Shown: in pieces, positions 37,407 to 53,789 of the stretch
How positions within the stretch are numbered: position 1 is the first letter of the stretch
How the letters are laid out: each line of letters starts with the position of its first letter
DNA from: Octopus sinensis
Lineage: Eukaryota
Direction: 5' to 3'
Length of the DNA: 64,000 bases
Assembly (NCBI RefSeq): GCF_006345805.1
Contig: NC_043012.1
Span: forward strand, 47,430,001-47,494,000
The notes under the pieces: model-generated
Database searches by the model: none
What the model saw: the letters and a program-made list of their open reading frames with translations, nothing else
Told to the model about the DNA's origin: nothing
Translations under genes and position numbers: made by a program

Positions 37407-38149
37407 GTGTATAGTATGTCTGCATGTATTGTGTGTGTGTATGTATCTATGTATGTATGGCCAATTCATCGTAATTACGATTACGATGAATCGGCTATAC
37501 ATACATACACCACACACATACATACCACACACGCACACATACTTACACCACACAACATGCAGACATACAGAATGGAAACATTTTCAATTTAATACATGTG
37601 GCTTATTAACTAGTTTTAAATACTGTTATTAGAAGTGGCTGACTTGTTTACATTTAAGATGTTAAATACGTCACGAAATTGGTGTCGAGACGGAGTAATG
37701 AAATAAAGCCGAATGACGGAATATCATTGGTTAAAATTCTAATTATTAAACAACGTTAAACTTAGAAGTTACAATTCCGTTTTCATTCTGGTTTACAATT
37801 GTTTACTTTTGCACATTTCTACCAGTATACGAAGTTTCATTGTTTGGTTCAGTAGGAAAATTTGAAAAAACTGGCCTCAAAATAGAAAAGATCCATATAT
37901 ATATATATATTATATATATATATATAATAGATATATATATATATATATATATAATATAATATATATATTATTACATATATACTCTATGTGTGGGTGTGTA
38001 TGTGCGTCTGTATGTGTGTGTGTGAATGTGAATGTGTGTGTATGTGCGTGTGTGCGAGTTCGTGTGATTTTATATGTAACTGAAATGGAAGTGAGGAGCT
38101 AGTAGCAATCCCGAGAACAGTCCTAGAACTATACATATATATTCACCTT

Positions 38150-38490
38150 ATGTGATTTCACGCACTGAAGCTCGGTCATCAGACCACGTTTTCCGTAAGA
38201 TTGAACCGTCGACATATATGAGCACAAAACAAACCTGTCAGCTTTGAATTCATTTTCTGTGCAGTGGATTGGCCTAAGAGGGTATGAGTGAGATTTGATA
38301 TAGCAGAATATGACTGTGAGCAAATTTCCTGTGTTCACAGAGATGACTACATCCTTCCTTCGCATAATCCCGGTTTTTTCACGTGCAAAACCACTCTCCT
38401 TTCTCCATATATGTGTTTTCATACCATCCAGACCTGTGGCCCACGCCCCACTTAATAAGGCTGCAACCCTACCACTCTTGACACTAATAC
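38150..38490 (-). mobile_element. Possible old LINE APE-endonuclease remnant (RTE-like)
   Basis: Minus-strand peptides SGRVAALLSGAW and VISVNTGNLLTVIFCY resemble the GVG.LLS and GNP.TVI.CY motifs; heavily decayed. Confidence 0.35.
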
Positions 38491-39384
38491 ACGCACACGT
38501 GCACTAAACTATCAACCATACAAAAGCCATTCATTCATATGCCCGCTTCTCCATACGGAGATTTTATACTTGCCTCTACGCACTTTCTCTTATAAACTTT
38601 CTCCAAACACACCCTGCAAAACAACATTCATAACAAGGTTCTTTTTTAATCGATTAGTTCTCACTTGATGCTTCTGAAATTCTTTTCTCTCATGAATGAC
38701 CAACGTCCCCAATATCACGACCTACCTACATTCAAGTACATCGTTGTGTCAATCATTTTTCGTAACTGTGATCCTTTTATATTGTACACACACAGACACA
38801 TGCATACATGCACACACATCTGATTCCAATATGTTTTTTTTTTTTTAAACTTCAAAGTTTCTCCTATTGGTTTTAAATGCGTAGCGCAGAAAAAACTTGG
38901 CCAAAATCGGTATGGAGTAGGAAAGTGGGTATGAAAAGATTTCATAAGTTTCCAAATATTTTGTTCCCCGCAAAGGTATCTTCCATTTCTATAGGTGTGT
39001 AGTGCAATTAAGACAAAAGTGTACAAAATTCTGTCCGGAAGTGGGAGATAATGATTCAAAAATTTTCATATATACATACACACTCACACAGACACTCACA
39101 TATACACAGATCCTTTTATATAAGAATTTCTGTTGAAAGATACCTGATGTGAAACCGTATGTTGAAACAGATGTTGCTATATCTTGGTATGGTCATCTTT
39201 CTTTTTTTTTTGGTGGAACCAAATAAATACGCATTATATATATTCGTTCTTCACTTGCTTATTTTTACATTAACTGGTGTTCATTGTCCGAAAATCTTTC
39301 GTTGCATATCTGTGGCCTCTACAGTGACCGACCATTCCGTCCTCTTGTATTCTCCTGCTCCCCTTAGTTTATTCTGTCTTTCAA

Positions 39385-39422
<38 letters not shown>

Positions 39423-40325
39423 GTGTGTGTGTGTGCGTGTGTATTAAACCAGCGAAATGATTATCCTCGAAGTCCTAAGTGTGTTAAATGAGAACATGTT
39501 CTATTAATATTTGTGACCAAGCAATTCCGTTTTGTTTGGTTCGAAGAGCACCACGATGAGTAGAGAAGATAGTTAATGATGATCATCTAAATGTATTTGC
39601 AGAGTGTAATTCTGATGAATATAAAACATAATTCTAATGAATATAATAAAGAAGAAATCATAGTGAAAGTAAACGAAGATAAGAATAAAAATAAATAATT
39701 CATTAAAAAAACGTGTGTTCTTGATCATTAAATTCAGATTGAAATAATATAAATGAATACGAAACACAATTTGGAATTAAATTATAGAAAGAACGATAAA
39801 ATAAAATTGAGAGAGATGGGGAAATACTCATTGTAAGAGAAATAAGGGAAAACAAAGAGAATAATATAAAATAATGAATGCGAATTTTGTAACATATTGT
39901 TTAGTATATTTTGTGTTATCCATATTGGATTCGTGGTTATTATTACTACTGTTACCAAATCTATGTCTGTTGTTCTCTATCTCGGAGAAGTCGGTTTTCC
40001 TACGATATTGTATTCATGAAAGTATATAAATTGAATCGCCCAACTACATGCTGCACTCTATTATATTCATTCATACAACAAAAGTGTAATGAAAATAACC
40101 AAGATTTTTACCAAATTTACACGATCGCTTCCCTTATACATTAACAAGTGTTCTTCCCCCTCGTGTTATTTATGAAGAAACACAAGTAAGATATGGATGT
40201 CTTATAAGGGAACATGGAAGTAAAATTTTCCCAGTATGTATCAGAGGCTCCCTGATGCCTCCCCAATCTATAACTATAAACGCAGTTCTGCGGGGTATGT
40301 TGTACCCGATTCCAGATTTCCATCT

Positions 40326-40800
<475 letters not shown>

Positions 40801-42440
40801 TTTGCCTGCGAACCCTCGTACATGTTTGCATATACGTGCATGTGTTGTATGCGGACACACATGTGCGTTATGCGTATTTGTTTGCGTGTAATTTGAAAGT
40901 GGTTACTCGAACGGAAACGTGACAACTGAAAAAGTTGTGTAAATTGAATATAATTATAGTATAAATGTAGCAATGGATGTAATTCGAGTGAAAGATTTCT
41001 CTACAATGGCAGGTATATTTAAATCTTCACCATCCGTGACAGCAAGTTGTCAAAATTTCTATGGCATGAGAATGTTGAAAATGTCACTGGTAGTGGATGA
41101 AGGAAGGTTGAGTACACGTGAGCATTATGTATACTTATATACATGAACACACCGTCACAGTCATATGTATAATAAAAGTCGTTCTGTGCGTTTCTGAATG
41201 TATATATGAATAAATAAACATACATAGTCATTCATACTTTTTTATACTCTTATTCTGTTATATATCATTTCCTGTACAGGTTATTTGACGCAGCTGCGTA
41301 GAAGGAAGTCTAGAAACTTCTACAACGACGTGTCAATCGCAATGTCGTGTGATAAACAGTATGACATTGTTGCGGGATTGGCTGAGTTTTGTTTATATAA
41401 AGTGAAAAATGTGAATGGCCGATCTAAATTTAATGGCAAAGCAAATAGTATACACATACATACGTACATGTGCTTGTCTCAATGCATATGTTCTTGTAGA
41501 GTATTTTAAATCTACTTCATTATTCGAGTCATAAATCACATGATTTCTTTTTTTTTTGCATTTCAAATAAATTTTACGTAACTAGAGCAGGGTAAATTAT
41601 CTTCTGTATGCTTAGACAGTTCATTCACCAATTTCCAATTGTATCTTTATTTAGATGGGTTGTTCCTCGTTTCATTTAAATTTTCATCAACGCAGATCCC
41701 TTTTGACTTCTTTGTTGTACATGCTATTTTGTTTAGTTCTAATTCATTTCTATATAATGAATGTAGTGTTATCGATTGGCATTTTACATTGATATTTTTT
41801 CTTGAGTTGTTGATCAATTAATCGTAGTATGTTTTAATAAATAATATTTTTCTAGAGATTAAAAAAAAATTCATGTATTTTCATTGGCCGATTCCTCCTT
41901 ATCACCTTGTCGCGTAAGGCATCACAAAATGTTTTATAACGTTATCAATCTGCGTACTTCATAAATCGTTAATTTATATCTGATGTCGCTAAAGATATTG
42001 CTGTTATCTACAGAAAATTTGTATTTTGTATCGCATATAATAAAATGACAGCTCTTTGTGTAGCTGAATTTTGTTGATACCTTATTTTTTTTTCGTTCTG
42101 TTGTTGTTAACATCGTTTTGCCTTCTAAACACAGGTGTTGTATTTAAGACAAGAATTACAGATTCAATTTTACTTCTATATGCTCTGGTAGAACGGTATA
42201 GTAGTACAGAAAACGCTACAAATTCATATAATTCCGCCGCATTCTGCCTGGCTTTCAGAAAGTACACTCCTAAATAATCCTATGGACTTTTGAACAGTCG
42301 ACAAGCATTTTGCATAATCATCATAAACATTCTGCGAAAAAAAAATGCTGAAGTAAAACACGTGCAACAGAGTTATAAAATTCCAGAACCCGCATGAATG
42401 GATCTATACAGAAACAATAGCAAGGCTATCAACAAAAATA

Positions 42441-42540
42441 TACTCTTTTACTTGCTTCGTTAATGTGACTGTTGCCTTGCTGGAGCACCGCCTTTAGTCG
42501 AGCAAATCTTTGTAAGCCTAGTATGTATTCTATCGGTCTC
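42441..42540 (-). mobile_element. SINE 3' fragment
   Basis: Minus strand GAGACCGATAGAAT...TTTGCTCGACTAAAGGCGGTGCTCCAGCA...GCAAGTAAAAGAG. Confidence 0.55.
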
Positions 42541-43169
42541 ATACGTAGACAAATTTCGCATATCTTTGAAATACATACCTAGAGACGTTCTTAGTAAAAA
42601 TAGGATAAAAACCTGTAGTGGAATAAGCAATTAGCATGTAATAACGTTTGTATAGTTTGGAACAACAACAACAATAATAATGATTAAAATCATTAAAATA
42701 ATAATTAAAATGATGAGGAGGAGGGTGAAGAAGAAGAGGAAGAAGGGGAAGAGGAGAAAGATGATCATCATGATTATGATAAACATGATAATATTTGTCA
42801 ATGAGGAGGGGTTTTTTTTACCCCTAGAATGATGTATCTGATATAGAAATATTGTTAATACGTGCATCGAGACCACAAAATACGGAGTTGATGTCCAGCG
42901 AGCTTATGTGTGTCACACAGGTATGAGGGCTCTCAGTGACTTTAGATAAGAATCTTCACAAAGGTGTTCTTGCGACAGAATAACTTGTGGTTTTGTCAAA
43001 TTAAATCGGTAACTTCTCTGTGAGTGCAAATGTCAAATGGGATATAAACGATCATCCCCGAAAATAGAAAGAGAATCTACGAGTTGAAACCGGAAGAAGC
43101 AGAACACAAGCGATGCAGAATCTGATCTCTTTTACTAAGAATGATAATGAAAAATATTCGTTAAGAAAA

Positions 43170-44290
43170 AGACTTAGAAACCGCGTGCGATCTCAAATTG
43201 TCGACCGATAATTTATATGGCACTACTAGGAAAACCTTTCACAAGTATGTTCTCGGAAATGATGTATACATATTTAGAGGAACACAGCTTGTTCCCTAAC
43301 GCACAGAAATAATGCCGCAGTAATTCAAGGAGAGAAAATACCGACTATGAATCAAACGCATGGTTAATAAGTGTCAACTAAGAAGTAGAAGAGACTGATC
43401 AAGTGCTAGATTTATTGATACGGAATATGATACTGTCACATACTATTGGTTATGAATATACTAAAATACTAAAAATCAAAAATACCAGCCCCGAACTAAC
43501 ACAGGAAAGTTTGGAAGATTGGAAAACGGTTATGGTAAAAGGTAGGCACTCACGTGGGAAATGCATATTTATTTGGTGTATCTTCCAGATTGGTAGTTTA
43601 TAGGTTGTACTGTATTCCATTGCACACATTCCATTCTCCTTCGAAATGGGGGGAGTATATCAGGATATACCTCAGGAATATATATACCTATTACATTTTA
43701 CGGATGATCTAAACCTAGACGGCAAGACTAGGAGGGAATAGGATATCCTTATCCGTTCAATGAGAGTATTTATCATTGGCATCGGAATGGAATTTTGTGT
43801 TTCCAAGTGTGAAACGTATATGAAGCAGAAAGACAGAATAATTATCGCATATGAAGATACGAAAGGAAGAAAAAACGAACAGAAAATTTCTTGCAATTAG
43901 CAGGGTTATACACACCCGGGTTAAAGTGGACAGGTTATATATAAACACAAAGGATCGAAGAAAAAGATTGATAAGTGTAAAAAACTGCGTGGAAATAGAA
44001 TTTGAGCGAGAACTTTACTGGCAGTAAATAGGAGATTTGAAAACAGTAGGAGAGAATATGGCAGATGAAGGAAGAAAAAGAAAGTATATTTCTTGGAATT
44101 GCAGAGTAATGGTACGAAGAGAAATGCTTACACAGAAAATATATTGTAAGTTTTGGAGGACATGGTGAGACGTAGGGTTTGTTTATGCCTGCTGGAGATC
44201 AAGAAATAAAAACTAAATATATAAGGAAGGACGCAAGCAACAAAAGTATCTTGGCTGAACGTAGAATGAATAGTGAAAGAGAAAAGACCT
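43170..44290 (+). mobile_element. Highly degenerate non-LTR RT remnant (R4/Dong-like)
   Basis: Frame-broken motifs MYTYLEEHSLFP..Q (43262 onward), FTDDLNLDGK (about 43695), GIGMEFCVSKC (about 43776). Confidence 0.55.
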
Positions 44291-44945
44291 TTGGCCATAT
44301 TCAATTATGGATTTTTACATTCGAATACAAACATATATGCATATGTAGTTGCATCCACACAAACACACACACTCACGCATATATTTACATGCTTCCACAG
44401 AGGACTATAATAACTGCGGTTACGACAGGAGTGCTACGATGTTATATTAGCAAATCTGTAAAATATTTGGATTTGAAATTATTGGTAAAGGGGGTTGTCA
44501 TAAAACAGAACAGAAAATTTGAAAATTATTATTTAAAAGCACGATGAGATGTCAAACTCTAAACTCTGGAATAAATAGATCATTCACACCCATAAAATAT
44601 GTAGTTATTTTATTTTACTCAATAGCGATGATATCAGAACTTAAGAACATATTAAAATACAATTTTATCTAAAATACGAATTTCACAAATTCTGGAAGTA
44701 CAATAAAATTCTTTCGCTTCAGGAACGTTTTCAAGGGTCTTCGTTATGTATGTCTTGACATTAAAGTAAACCTGTTTGCTTGGTACAGTAAGTATTCTAA
44801 GAAAGTGGTAAGATGAATATTTGGGTTGTACAACTTAATACGACGTTGAAAAATGTCCGTTGAAAACCAACGGAAATATTAATATTAGTTTCGAACGGAA
44901 ATAATAATATTAGTTTCGAATTTTGGTGCAAAGCCTGCAATTTCA

Positions 44946-45092
44946 GGGTATAAAATCGACTCCAGTGCCAACTGAACGCGAAGTGATGGATGGAAAATTC
45001 GACCACAGTGGCATTTGAACCCAGAACATAATAACGGACGAAATGCCTCTAGGCATTTTGCCGAACGTGTAAACTATTCTGCCAGTTCTCCC
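44946..45092 (-). mobile_element. tRNA-derived SINE (old)
   Basis: Minus strand GAACTGGCAGAAT...GTTCTGGGTTCAAATGCC; related to 36986-37086. Confidence 0.6.
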
Positions 45093-45470
45093 CTTACCGA
45101 AAATAATAACATTAATGATTATAATGATGAAGAGATAAATCACATTAAGTCCAGCTACAGGAGCGATAGACATTAATGTTTTGTCGTTTTTGTGTTATCA
45201 CGCTTGTCTGTGGCTTCCAAGTGTTTGAACACCAGGCGAATAAATGAGACTATATTCTCTCACTTCTATAATCACAGCCTGCGCCCGAACTGGCAAAACA
45301 TATACTTTGCGCATATGTGTTCGATAAAGCAATGCTAAACTCGATAGAAGGGTCCAAACTCCTATTGAAATATCCAGAGCAGCTTTTGAGAAGATTTATG
45401 ATCGCCTTTGGAGAGTCCATTATGTCCCAATAGGGACAGTGACCTAACAACTTCTTATATATATATATAT

Positions 45471-45622
45471 CCCGTTCAGTTTCCGTCTACCAAATCCACT
45501 CACAAGGCTTTGGTCGGCCCGAGGCTATAGTAGAATACACTTGCCCAAGGTGCCTCGCAGATGGACTGAACCCGGAACCGTGTGGTTGGTAAACAAGCTA
45601 CTTACCACGTAGACACTCCTAT
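45471..45622 (-). mobile_element. tRNA-derived SINE
   Basis: Minus strand GTGGTAAGTAGCTTG...GGTTCCGGGTTCAGTCC...GGTAGACGGAAACTGAA; A/B-box-like motifs; several relatives in the window. Confidence 0.75.
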
Positions 45623-46664
45623 AAACTGTCATGCAGAAAAATCAAAGGAATTATTGCAAACCAATCAAAATTTGAAGAGTTGAATGGAAGAAAGTTTTGC
45701 CGGATAGGTAACCAATATTCTTAGTATTCGTTAGCAGTTTACCGAAAAGGCTTCCATACACGAATATTTGCATTTCTAGACGGAAACAGTGAAGTCATTA
45801 TGACACATCTTAGAACGATTTATACCACCAAATGTGCCCTTGTTTCTATTATTTCGTTTCTTTTTCATCAGCTAGGAAGAAGCTAGAGTTATTTCAAACC
45901 ACTGAGAAGGTAATATTGTCAGGCAATATTACAAATTTCAAACAGAGTCGCCTGAAATTAACACGAACGGTGATTGTGAATTGCGGAAGTTTATAGTGAT
46001 TCATTTGGCAGAAGGAGACAAAGACTGCCTGTAGTTGGATATGGAAGAGGTAACTATGCTCTATGCGTCCAATAAAGAAGCTATTGTTTTATTAACGATC
46101 ACTATGCAGGAAAAAGCCATGTCGACACAACCGTGTTTGTTGACGTTCGTTAGAAGCGACTGTTCTGAATAAAATATTTATGATTCTGGATTCCAGGGGT
46201 TTTACACGTAATGCTGTGTATTATATATTTAGATGATCCTGTATAATCAAATATGCAAGGGTTAATTACAAGGAAGCTTTAGATCATCTGTCTATTGTGC
46301 CCTGATATAAACCTAAACATTTCGAATGATATCAGCAGAAACATTTCCATATTAATACATATTACTTTTCAAATGTATGAATCCTTGCACGGCAAAAAGA
46401 AAATTGATGTCCTTCTGTATCTGTGAAAATTTCTAGGCGAACTACTCTAGTGACTGAACTAATATTCACCGTTTTTTTAAATCTAAATGGTGAAACCAGC
46501 ATTCATTACATTTCTTTATCCTTCCCAACTATAAATGCGTGGAAATATGTTTAATTCAGTAAGAATTAGAAATATATATTTTCTATAGGTTTTTCAGCTG
46601 AACAATTAAACACTTATATATCGTATTGCAAACCCTCTTGCCTTTATTTTATTAATCAAAATCG

Positions 46665-46956
<292 letters not shown>

Positions 46957-47563
46957 GTTTCTATGCCACGCTTTCTATTTAAGAATCAGCCAAACCATCT
47001 CTGTTTTTATTCTGTCTCTCTCAGCTAGCAACTCACATGAAACGAAAGTATTTCATTGACACAGTATATGTCAATTTATCAAATTACAAAGAAATCCAAG
47101 TGATTAGATTTGGTATTACACTTTATTGCTTGCTCCTGAAACATTCCATTTGTTTAACTCATAACGAAGTCTGATAAAGTAGCAGTCTATGTAGATGGTA
47201 ATATTTGCAAGGTTATGGATATTTCTTATGATTTCAAATAAGATTAGGCAAAAATTGATTTCTTACATCTGAATAAATCTCCATATTTATAGAGCTACAT
47301 CCTATGTACATGACGTTTTCGAGCGCATTAGCAAAACCAGCGAAGAGAAATAGTTATAAATGGGAAGGAATCAAACACGGGTAGCCAACTCAGCACGACG
47401 GTAGACTGCAGTTCACCAGACAGTTCCCAAGGTTATTTCGGTCTCAAGGAATGAAACAAAAAATAATTCGGTGAGATATGTACAGATGTTAAATATTGAA
47501 GAGCTTACAATGCGTTTTGGAAATACTGTCTCTTCATACCTGACTAATCACTCACACACTCGT

Positions 47564-47599
<36 letters not shown>

Positions 47600-47883
47600 A
47601 TGCACTAATATGCTCACACACATACAACCGCCCACATCCTCCTCTCAGCCACGTGTGTATGTATGTGATTGGCAGTGCCTGCATATTCACACAAAGAAAA
47701 AGAGAGGACGAAACAGAAAAAAAACGACAAAGTGTAAGATTAGTTCCTTACTAGTTGAACAGACACACGCATATATATATATATATATAACCATATATAT
47801 ATATATATTATATATATATATACATATATATATATACACATATATATATATATATATATACATATATATACATGTATATAAAC

Positions 47884-47914
<31 letters not shown>

Positions 47915-47949
47915 ATATTATATATATATATATGTATATAAATATATAA

Positions 47950-47987
<38 letters not shown>

Positions 47988-48004
47988 ATACACACACACA
48001 CACA

Positions 48005-48078
<74 letters not shown>

Positions 48079-48340
48079 TATATACAGATATACATATATA
48101 CATATATATATACATATGAATGTATATAAAAATATATCTCCATAGAGTTGCGTTTGTGTGTAGGTAAGTTTGGTTCTGAATGGACAAACGAAAGAAAGTG
48201 GCACTCAATTCAGAAGGAGGAACATACATTATTACTTACAACAGTTCAATTTAGCCCCATGGAAATCAGACACTTTTAAATCTATGTATTTATGTATGTA
48301 TGTATGTATCTACCTATCTATCTGTCTAGTTATATCTCTC

Positions 48341-48455
<115 letters not shown>

Positions 48456-48457
48456 CA

Positions 48458-50600
48458 CTGGAAGAAATACCCGGCGTTGCCCGGGTAAAAGAACATAATG
48501 AAATTTAAAAATGCCGGTCCCAACAGCTAGTAGCTGAGTTACCAACTTTCTACATAACTCTGCAACCCATGCCAACATAGAACATAGACGTTAAGTGAAA
48601 TGTGAAAATAAAGTTTTCAAGAGATTTAAGTATATGAAGTATAAACAATGTTTGTCTAAATCATTTCGTAGCTAAAATACAGGTAAAGATTTTAAACAAT
48701 GATAGGACGGGCGTAGAGTAGATTTATACACACACACTTGCACAAACACTCATACACACACAAACAGACAGCGAATATATCACGTTATTGTTTCACTTTT
48801 ATACACACAAATATACATCCATGCATGTCAGCCGAAAAGTGAAAGTGTAATAGTAATTCTTCAACACTCGATGGTTGTACACTTCTGTATATGACATGGA
48901 CCTATTACCCATGTAAGTGCTTCTTCATATACTGTTTTTTCTGCCTTGCCATGTTTATCACTGAGGATGTAGAGGTTCTTCTTTGTCTCCAACTCTAGGA
49001 CATCCAACACGCAGCTGACCATGTGATAAGCAAGTTTGAAGGAGGTTAAGTCCCACCGCCTTTAGATATTGACCATGCGCTTTGTTGATAGACATTGCAA
49101 AGCTAAGTTTGACAGGAAACTGCAGTCTCTTGAACTGAAATAGACCATTTGAGATAAGCGTCATCCTTGGAATGACGTCAATGGCACTATCATGATGCCG
49201 TGATGGAGATGCAGTTTCTCAGCTGTATAGGAGACTGTAGAATGGCCTCCCAGTGTACCTCATCTTCCAAAAGACCTCTGAGACGGCAAGGCTGGCGATG
49301 TTTGACATACTCTGTTATCAACCGTATGTAAGGTTGTAAATGATATGTAATAGAAGCCTTAGTATCACCCTGAGATTTGGGGATGAACAACGTAGAGTCT
49401 GCTAAGTATGTCTGATTTCGTGATTCCCGGATGATGTGTGGGTGCTCGAAGCGCACGTCCTTTCCCTTTGTTTTGGAACCAGCTATAGAATTGTGGAACT
49501 TCATTGTATATCAGTATTGTAACAAATTCATCATCTTGACAGAGCTTGAAGAATGCTTTGAGTGTGGCATTTTGGGGAGCTTCCATTTGTAGTTGGACTG
49601 TGTCTGTCAGTGTGCTGTCTCTGAGATGGAGGACAATATCACGCTTGTCATGTTCTTGCTCAACCAGAAGCACAGCAATTTCACTTACCATTGGCGCATT
49701 TAACCCCCCTCCATGTTGAACAGATTGTTTCTTGTCTGATCTGATAACTACCTTGTAATCTATGGAGTCGGATGGGATTATTGTAACTGTAATCTTGAAG
49801 CGTCTGATCAGGTTGTTGTTGCTGTTATGCAGCATCTTCTGCAGAGACACTACAATGTTCATCCTAATGCTGGAAATGTTTCCGCACCTCTCTTTCCCTT
49901 CGTGTTCAGAATCACCCATAAAATATATTTGAAGGCATTTTGGTGATTCGTTTGACAGAGGTAGTAGAAAGCCAATCCGATGATAAATCTGACCTTGGAC
50001 CTTTAATGTTTGCATGAATCCTGGCTCAGTTATATATCTTGTGGCTCCGCATGTCATTACTAATGCAGCTAATCACTACTATCTACATTTGTTTTGGAAG
50101 TGCTTGGATCTTGGTCAGTTGATGACAACAGTTTCTTCAATGGTTCTAGAGGTTGGGAGATTGCAGGGGGTTTAACCTTTCTAACACTGCATCAAAGTGC
50201 AGGTGTCTCTCCAGACTACTTATTTGCTTTACAATTTTTTTCACTCAGTTGTCATTGCACCATTGAAAACTCTAGTATCATCTGCATAATGAACTACTGG
50301 ATCATAATTGAAAGCTGCTTCATAGAATTTGCAATTGCTCCTCGTTCTGCAGTGGAAATCCTATTCTTTGTCAGTCGTGCATACGTCTGTTCATCAATTT
50401 GCACAGTTTGTCGTTTCTTGGCATGCATCCCTTTTTGCAGCTATCTCACTTTTCCTGGACAGAGACATTCTTTTGGCTGAATTTGACATTGTAGACAAAT
50501 TGGCATATCTAGAGTTTTCTGCTCCCACGATTTTGGATGATCATAACTTTCAGAAAAATAGATATTTTTAATGATATTTTCTATGAATATGTGTTATATC
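48458..50600 (-). mobile_element. Internally deleted Helitron (Rep/helicase remnants)
   Basis: 3' hairpin ACCCGG-GCAACG-CCGGGT (48486-48469) then CCAG|T at 48458 (CTRR-like end). PIF1 C-terminal motifs QFPVKLSFAMSINKAHGQ and SHGQLRVGCPRV (48958-49164). N-terminal region KVQGQIYHRIGFLLP..PKCLQIYF (49365-50057). 5' end not fixed. Confidence 0.88.
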
Positions 50601-52706
50601 ATGTAAATTCCGAATATAAAAGAAATTTGGGAAGAAGTGTTTTAGAATTTCGGAAAATTGACCAGTGTCCAATTCAATTCGTCTTAACTTTCAAGAAAAT
50701 GGATATTTTTAAATGAGATACTCAACAAATATATCTCAAACTATGTAAATTTCGAGGACATAGAATGTTGGGGTAAAACAACAGATTATTTTTGAGGATC
50801 TGTTTTTCACTTGGGGTTGTTTCGGGAACAAATCGTCCATATTTGTTTCATTTTCTCCGATTTGTGCGTTTGTGCATCCGTAGATTACCAACACACACAC
50901 ACACACACACACACATTCAATCAAAAAGTTCAAACGGGGACTTATTACATTCAGTATCAGGTTTATTACAGAGATTATGTAACAAATTATGCTTTACACT
51001 TCTATATTTAACTGTGCGTGTATATTCCATATTTTTGCTTCTTGTGTCTTCTGCCTTTCAACTAGAAACGATTACCTTGGAATTTACTTAAATCGAAAAG
51101 AAATTCTATACAACAGCTAAGTCGTCTTAATAAAATATTTTTGTGTATCCGACCGTTAGATGTTATTTTTTGTTTAACGAGTTTTCTGGCGAGGACTTCA
51201 TTTACCTTCATTGCCTGTTTTTGCTTTAGAATAAATCTGTGGACTCCGGCGAAATTTCTGAAATTCCCCACCCCTCCTATAACACTTACCTCCCAAATTT
51301 TCTATAGTCGGAATTTACCTGATATAGCACATATTCTTAGAAAATGTAATTAAAAGTATACATTTTTCTGAAAGTTATGATGGGGGTAGAAATCTGCAGT
51401 TATATCGACAAATTTGGCATTCTCCTTCTAGGCATAGTTATATATTTATACAGAAATATATATATATATTTATACAGTGCAGAAGATAGTAAACAATGAA
51501 AATAACTTGGTAAGGGGAATTATGTTTCTTAATACAACCGACAGAAAATATATAAGAAATGTTAACGAAAAAAAGCATTGTACGGGTTGAAACGAAATTT
51601 GTCATTCAGTGAACCAATGAGCCAGTATCAAAGGAACCAGAAAGAAACCACCAACGACTGGAAAACACAAAACCGTACGGAGTGACATGGAATTTATGAA
51701 GATACTTCTGTCAGTAGATTAAGAAATTACTTATATCACTAATTGTGAACTTCTTTCTGTTAGTAATTTGTCGTTGTTTGTTTGTAAATAGCGATTAAAA
51801 ACTTAGACTTACATTGAAAACAATAACATGGAAGTTAAACAATGGCGTATGAAAATTGAAAGATAAAGAATAACGTCTGAAAAATGAAAGTGAAAACAAG
51901 AGATATTGATAGACAGACATGATACAGAGAGATAGTGATCCACAGATAGAGATAGATAGAGATATATAAATAAAGAAACATGTTGCGTCACTGATGCTAG
52001 AAAGCCGTAAGTAAATAACTTTGAATCTTTCAAAGATATGAATGTAATATAAAAAGCAATATTATTTACTTTTAATAATTTTTAACAAAAAAATCAAATG
52101 AACAACCTGTTAGTTGTCCGAGGTCAAATTATTCATGCATCACAAGAATGAAAGCAATTGGTGAAGCCGTTTACGCATGAAAAGTGAATACGCAAATATA
52201 TATATATATATATATATATAATGGTGCTGCCCCAGCATGCACACAGCTCGTGAGCTGAAATTAGATAAAATAAAAAAATAAAATAAAATAAATAAATATA
52301 TATATATATATATATGTATTGTATGTATAAATGGCAATTTCTCTCTGTCTGTTACCCTCTAATCCACCAAACCAATTTTCATGAAACTAACATCCTGTCA
52401 AATATTAGGCTAATTATATTTCAATTTAAATTTATAATGTGCCCCCAGTTTCTCTGGGCCAATTATATGATAAAATAAGAAGATTGCAAATTAGAAGGTT
52501 TCAACACACACAATCCTACAGAAAGGTGAATGTGAGAAACACGTTGCTGGAATCGGACTCGAAATCTTGGGGTTAGTAGCCCACGTTCTTAACAACTGTG
52601 ATAATAATAATAATAATAATAATATAATAATAATAATATAATAATAATAATAATAATATCGAAAAGGTACCTTAGGAATGAGAACCCCGGTTCGAAATTT
52701 CCCCAA

Positions 52707-52752
52707 GAATCCTAATGAAGGCTGGAGAGCATAGCAGCCGAAACGCTGTGTT
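52707..52752 (+). ncRNA. Decayed hammerhead-like motif
   Basis: CTAATGA (G5>A), extra A, helix II GGCTG/CAGCC (5 bp), GAAAC then GCT. Helix I is mostly unpaired, so it is unlikely to be active. Confidence 0.3.
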
Positions 52753-52979
52753 AACAACAAACAAGATGAGGGAAAATATCCGTCAAACGTAAATAATGTA
52801 AATAATGTATAAAACATTTTGTTGTTCTGGGGTCATTCATTCTTTTGTGAGTGAGTAATTCTTACATTTACGCTGAACTTGAAAGCAACAGGTCTTTTGT
52901 ACTGTTATTTTGAATTCAAAACTTTTAATACTCACAGATGCCATGCTTATCTTCATTCCTATGACCTCCGGTACTTTGC

Positions 52980-52985
52980 ATATAC

Positions 52986-53026
<41 letters not shown>

Positions 53027-53063
53027 ATATAATATATATATATATACATATTATATATATATA

Positions 53064-53108
<45 letters not shown>

Positions 53109-53173
53109 TATATGTATATGTATATGTACGTATGTATGTATATATTTATATATATATGTAAATTATATATATA

Positions 53174-53204
<31 letters not shown>

Positions 53205-53213
53205 ATACATATA

Positions 53214-53266
<53 letters not shown>

Positions 53267-53285
53267 GTATATATATTTGTATGTA
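52980..53285. repeat. (TA)n-rich microsatellite block
   Basis: Directly visible. Confidence 0.95.
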
Positions 53286-53789
53286 TGTAATTTATTACCA
53301 TTATTTCTATAACTATCGATTCAGACTAGTAATTCTTAGTAGTAATAGTTCTAAAAGTAAAATCTATAAATAATTAATATCAATAAAAAGAACTCTAATA
53401 AATAAATTGAATAAATGATTGAACATATATCTCAGATGGACCGCGAAACAAGAAAAATTAAATTTGAAAGTGATAAATTCCAATTACGCTAAATAAAAAT
53501 CTAAAATACAGTAGACTTAGAGGTCTAAAGTTCCGCAGAAGAGACAGACTGAAACAAAAGTCTCCACTAACCCAATGATAAAATTATTAAATATAAATGT
53601 TTGAATTTGACCCTAAGCAAATATTGATAGAAAAAATGAAATCTAACGGCCCAGAAAATAAAAAAAATAGCCCCAACGTTACATAAACAAAACAACTTTT
53701 CATTATTTGAATTTCTCCAGATTCAATGCCAGCGTGTTGATAAGGATATGTGACGAAAATATTTGGTACCTCAGAAGCAGTTTACTTAA

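Noticed and set aside
41280-42267. Two strong-looking acceptors (TTTCCTGTACAG|41280; GCCTTCTAAACACAG|42135) with short open frames
   Set aside because: Donors are ambiguous and the peptides unrecognised; RNA-seq is needed.
50780-51280. Possible pogo-like DDE transposase remnant on the minus strand
   Set aside because: Only a faint NMDD resemblance and no TIRs.
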